This document shows, piece after piece, positions 5,629-7,346 of a stretch of 7,346 bases of DNA. A program made the translations under genes and the position numbers. Source of the DNA: a virus (taxonomy: Duplodnaviria; Heunggongvirae; Uroviricota; Caudoviricetes); the IMG/VR virus record IMGVR_UViG_3300029840_000137, positions 1 through 7,346 of that record; one strand, 5' to 3'. Numbering within the stretch: the first letter of the stretch is position 1; each line of letters opens with the position of its first letter. The notes beneath the pieces were generated by a model, which saw nothing but the letters and a program-made list of their open reading frames with translations, had not been told where the DNA came from and searched no databases.

Positions 5629-7346
5629 ATGAGCGCTGATAAACAGACTTTTGCACTACACTGCGAAGCAAAAAACGATAAAGTCAGAAAACGCCTTGGC
5701 ATCAAAGGCGGTTTTTTCTGGACCGAGGCCAGAAAACTTTCTGTCGCAGTTTCCCGCTGCATTGCAGCCATGGACGATGCAGGCTACGACGAGGATGATT
5801 TCAAAAAACCCGTTCGCGTAAATTTCCCCGTCGTGAATGACCTTCCACCGGAAGGCGTGTTTGATACTGAATTCTGCAACCGCTATGAAAAAGGCGGGGA
5901 AGATGGCATCACCATGATGGCTATATCCTTCAATGACAACATCAACGGTGAAGATGCCACAACTGCTGGCGATGACAACGATGACCCGGACGGAACTATT
6001 CCGGATGATGTGGAGAAAAGCGAATCCCCGGACAGCGACGATGACTGTTCTGAGTGTGAAACTCCCGTCGCCACTCTGAGCCTTACTCATCGCTTCCTTC
6101 ACCTCTTCTTCTTCAGCAAGGATGAAGATGGAAAATACCGGCATCACGCCACACCAGAACAACGCAATAACGTGATCCGTATGGAGATGGACACAGAGGA
6201 CAGTTACCTTCAGAGCCTGCTTACTGCTGTGCGCGCCGCACATCATGAACTGGATAAACTGACGAACTATCACCTTAGTCGCCTGGCTGAATCTGTAGGG
6301 AAAGCATTCCCCCACTCTGCAAATCATCGCATCAGCCCGGCTGAATTCGACAAGTTCATTTCCACCTGGATGAAAACTGACTACCTTGATCAGGGCCTGC
6401 TGACAAAAGAATGGCAGAACGGAAATTATGTTTCAGGCATTACCCGTACGCCTTCCGGTGCTAACGCTGGCGGCGGAAATCTTACCGATCGTGGTGAAGG
6501 ATTCAAACATGATAAGACATCACTCGCACGAGATGTAGCCACCGGCGTTCTGGCCCGTTCAATGGATGTGGATATTTATAACCTGCACCCAGCACACGCA
6601 AAACGCGTTGAAGAAATCGTGTCAGAGAATAAGCCGCCCTTTTCTGTTTTTCGCGACAAATTTATCGCCATGCCCGGTGGGCTGGATTATTCCCGCGCCA
6701 TTGTGGTGGCTTCCGTGAAAGAAGCACCAATCGGCATTGAGGCCATCCCGGCACGCGTGACTGAATATCTCAACAAAGTGTTGACCGAAACCGATCACGC
6801 TAACCCGGATCCGGAAATCGTGGAAATTGCCTGCGGTCGCTCATCAGCACCGATGCCGCAGCGCGGAACAGCAGAAGGAAAACATGGCGATGAAGAAAAG
6901 CAACAAGCATCGGACACAATGGCTAATGAACAGGCAGCGCCTGAATCAGTGGAAGAAATTCCAGTTAAACATAATGAGGACACGCAATCACTGGAAAATG
7001 TCTCATCTGTAGAAACGAAATACCAGGAACTGAGGGAGGAACTCAATAAAGCCAGGGAAAACATCCCCCCAAAAAATCCAGTCGATGCCGACAAATTACT
7101 GGCTGCCTCGCGTGGAGAATTCGTTGAAGGCATCAGTAACCCTGCTGATCCGAAGTGGGTGAAGGGGATCCAGACTCGCGACACTGAGGACCAGAATCAG
7201 TCCAAAGTGGAACAAATTGCCCCAGAAGCGGGACAAAACAGCCCGGATACGCAACAAAACGGGTCAGAAGAGCAACAGCCAGGGCCAGTAGCGCAACCGG
7301 AGCTGGAAAAAAACTGCCGCGTCTGTGGTCAGACTGGCGGGGGTAA
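5629..7346 (+). CDS. recE: RecE-like protein (exodeoxyribonuclease VIII family), N-terminal 572 codons; 3' end beyond the window
   Basis: Frame open from ATG 5629 to the window end. AGAGG 10 nt upstream. Translated segments ([101 protein letters not shown]) match my recollection of E. coli RecE. Absent from the ORF track because it has no in-window stop. Confidence 0.75.
   Translation, partial: MSADKQTFALHCEAKNDKVRKRLGIKGGFFWTEARKLSVAVSRCIAAMDDAGYDEDDFKKPVRVNFPVVNDLPPEGVFDTEFCNRYEKGGEDGITMMAISFNDNINGEDATTAGDDNDDPDGTIPDDVEKSESPDSDDDCSECETPVATLSLTHRFLHLFFFSKDEDGKYRHHATPEQRNNVIRMEMDTEDSYLQSLLTAVRAAHHELDKLTNYHLSRLAESVGKAFPHSANHRISPAEFDKFISTWMKTDYLDQGLLTKEWQNGNYVSGITRTPSGANAGGGNLTDRGEGFKHDKTSLARDVATGVLARSMDVDIYNLHPAHAKRVEEIVSENKPPFSVFRDKFIAMPGGLDYSRAIVVASVKEAPIGIEAIPARVTEYLNKVLTETDHANPDPEIVEIACGRSSAPMPQRGTAEGKHGDEEKQQASDTMANEQAAPESVEEIPVKHNEDTQSLENVSSVETKYQELREELNKARENIPPKNPVDADKLLAASRGEFVEGISNPADPKWVKGIQTRDTEDQNQSKVEQIAPEAGQNSPDTQQNGSEEQQPGPVAQPELEKNCRVCGQTGGG

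Noticed and set aside
5656-6327. 223-aa minus-strand ORF
   Set aside because: Lies entirely antisense to the RecE-like frame, has an implausible Cys/Phe/His-rich composition and no Shine-Dalgarno.
6795-7184. 129-aa minus-strand ORF and the overlapping 61-aa plus-strand ORF at 6827-7012
   Set aside because: Both sit inside the RecE-like frame; the minus one is Ser-rich low complexity and the plus one is out of frame.
1-7346. Integrase, attachment sites, tRNA or IS elements
   Set aside because: No tyrosine or serine recombinase-like ORF, no tRNA-like sequence and no terminal inverted repeats were seen; the window appears to be internal prophage sequence.

Overview
This window reads as the early control, replication and recombination region of a Rac-like lambdoid prophage from an enterobacterium, with no CRISPR, tRNA, rRNA, IS element or integrase seen. 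On the minus strand, right to left: a Cro-like regulator (YdaS family), a YdaT-family protein, an O-like replication initiator carrying 15-bp-period iterons and a 17-nt N run, a DnaC-family helicase loader, and a partial ORF running off the left edge. On the plus strand: a leaderless CI-like repressor, a PL-like promoter with palindromic operators, two small ORFs, a KilR-like ORF, a cysteine-motif ORF and the N-terminal 572 codons of a RecE-like protein running off the right edge. The most interesting stretch is 4100-4660: a small minus-strand ORF placed convergently at the sieB-equivalent slot, followed by about 220 nt of hairpin-dense non-coding sequence ending in a strong plus-strand intrinsic terminator just upstream of kilR. 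All protein identities come from reading the translations and recalling family features; no database search was run.
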